This document shows positions 63,922 through 64,000 of a stretch of 64,000 nt of DNA, piece after piece. The notes beneath the pieces are model-generated. The model saw nothing but the letters and a program-made list of their open reading frames with translations. It did not search any database and was not told the origin of the DNA. The position numbers were made by a program, and so were the translations under genes. The DNA lies in contig NC_086097.1 in assembly GCF_963921235.1 (NCBI RefSeq), forward strand, positions 159,652,001-159,716,000, given 5' to 3'. Each line of letters opens with the position of its first letter. Position 1 is the stretch's first letter. The stretch comes from Mobula hypostoma. Taxonomy: Eukaryota.

Positions 63922-64000
63922 CACAGTGACTCCGCTCGCATCCACACATCTGAGTGTAACTGCACTGGGTGGTTTCCTGCTGCCTCGCACCCCACGATGG
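63922..64000 (+). CDS. Candidate host exon C (runs off the window end), product unidentified
   Basis: ~35-nt polypyrimidine tract ending tttttag|; abrupt rise in GC/CpG; open frames TVTPLASTHLSVTALGGFLLPRTPRW and HSDSARIHTSECNCTGWFPAASHPTM. Confidence 0.6.

Noticed and set aside
24464..64000. Assigning a gene name to the candidate exons
   Set aside because: I do not reliably recognise the peptides; a database search is needed.
1..64000. CRISPR arrays, operons, rRNA or other prokaryotic systems
   Set aside because: No repeat-spacer array or dense coding region; the sequence is vertebrate repeat-rich DNA.

Overview
Vertebrate, repeat-rich DNA with no prokaryotic features. The repeat content (CR1 with esterase ORF1, Rex/Babar, V-SINE-like elements, Penelope pLTRs) suggests a cartilaginous fish, probably a ray; this is an inference. 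Most of the window looks like large intron(s) filled with decayed retroelements: several CR1 and Rex1/Babar LINEs, one near full-length RTE nested in a CR1 with a target-site duplication (TSD), a HERO-like restriction-endonuclease LINE fragment, a Tc1 DD34E element, Tc1/mariner/hAT MITEs, and tRNA- and RTE-derived SINEs. No long intact host ORF is present. Most interesting: (1) the 5' half of a divergent endogenous retrovirus-like element (LTR split by a Tc1, tRNA-Leu PBS, candidate splice donors, capsid with an MHR, and a hydrophobic segment where a myristoylated matrix would be); (2) Penelope-derived fold-back elements carrying minimal type I hammerhead ribozymes, one with an intact core; (3) a mariner MITE built from two inverted transposase 3' ends with four TIR copies; (4) a phase-compatible chain of candidate plus-strand host exons, including a possible 6-nt microexon, in TE-poor stretches. 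I could not identify the host gene. Boundaries without a stated TSD or TIR are approximate.
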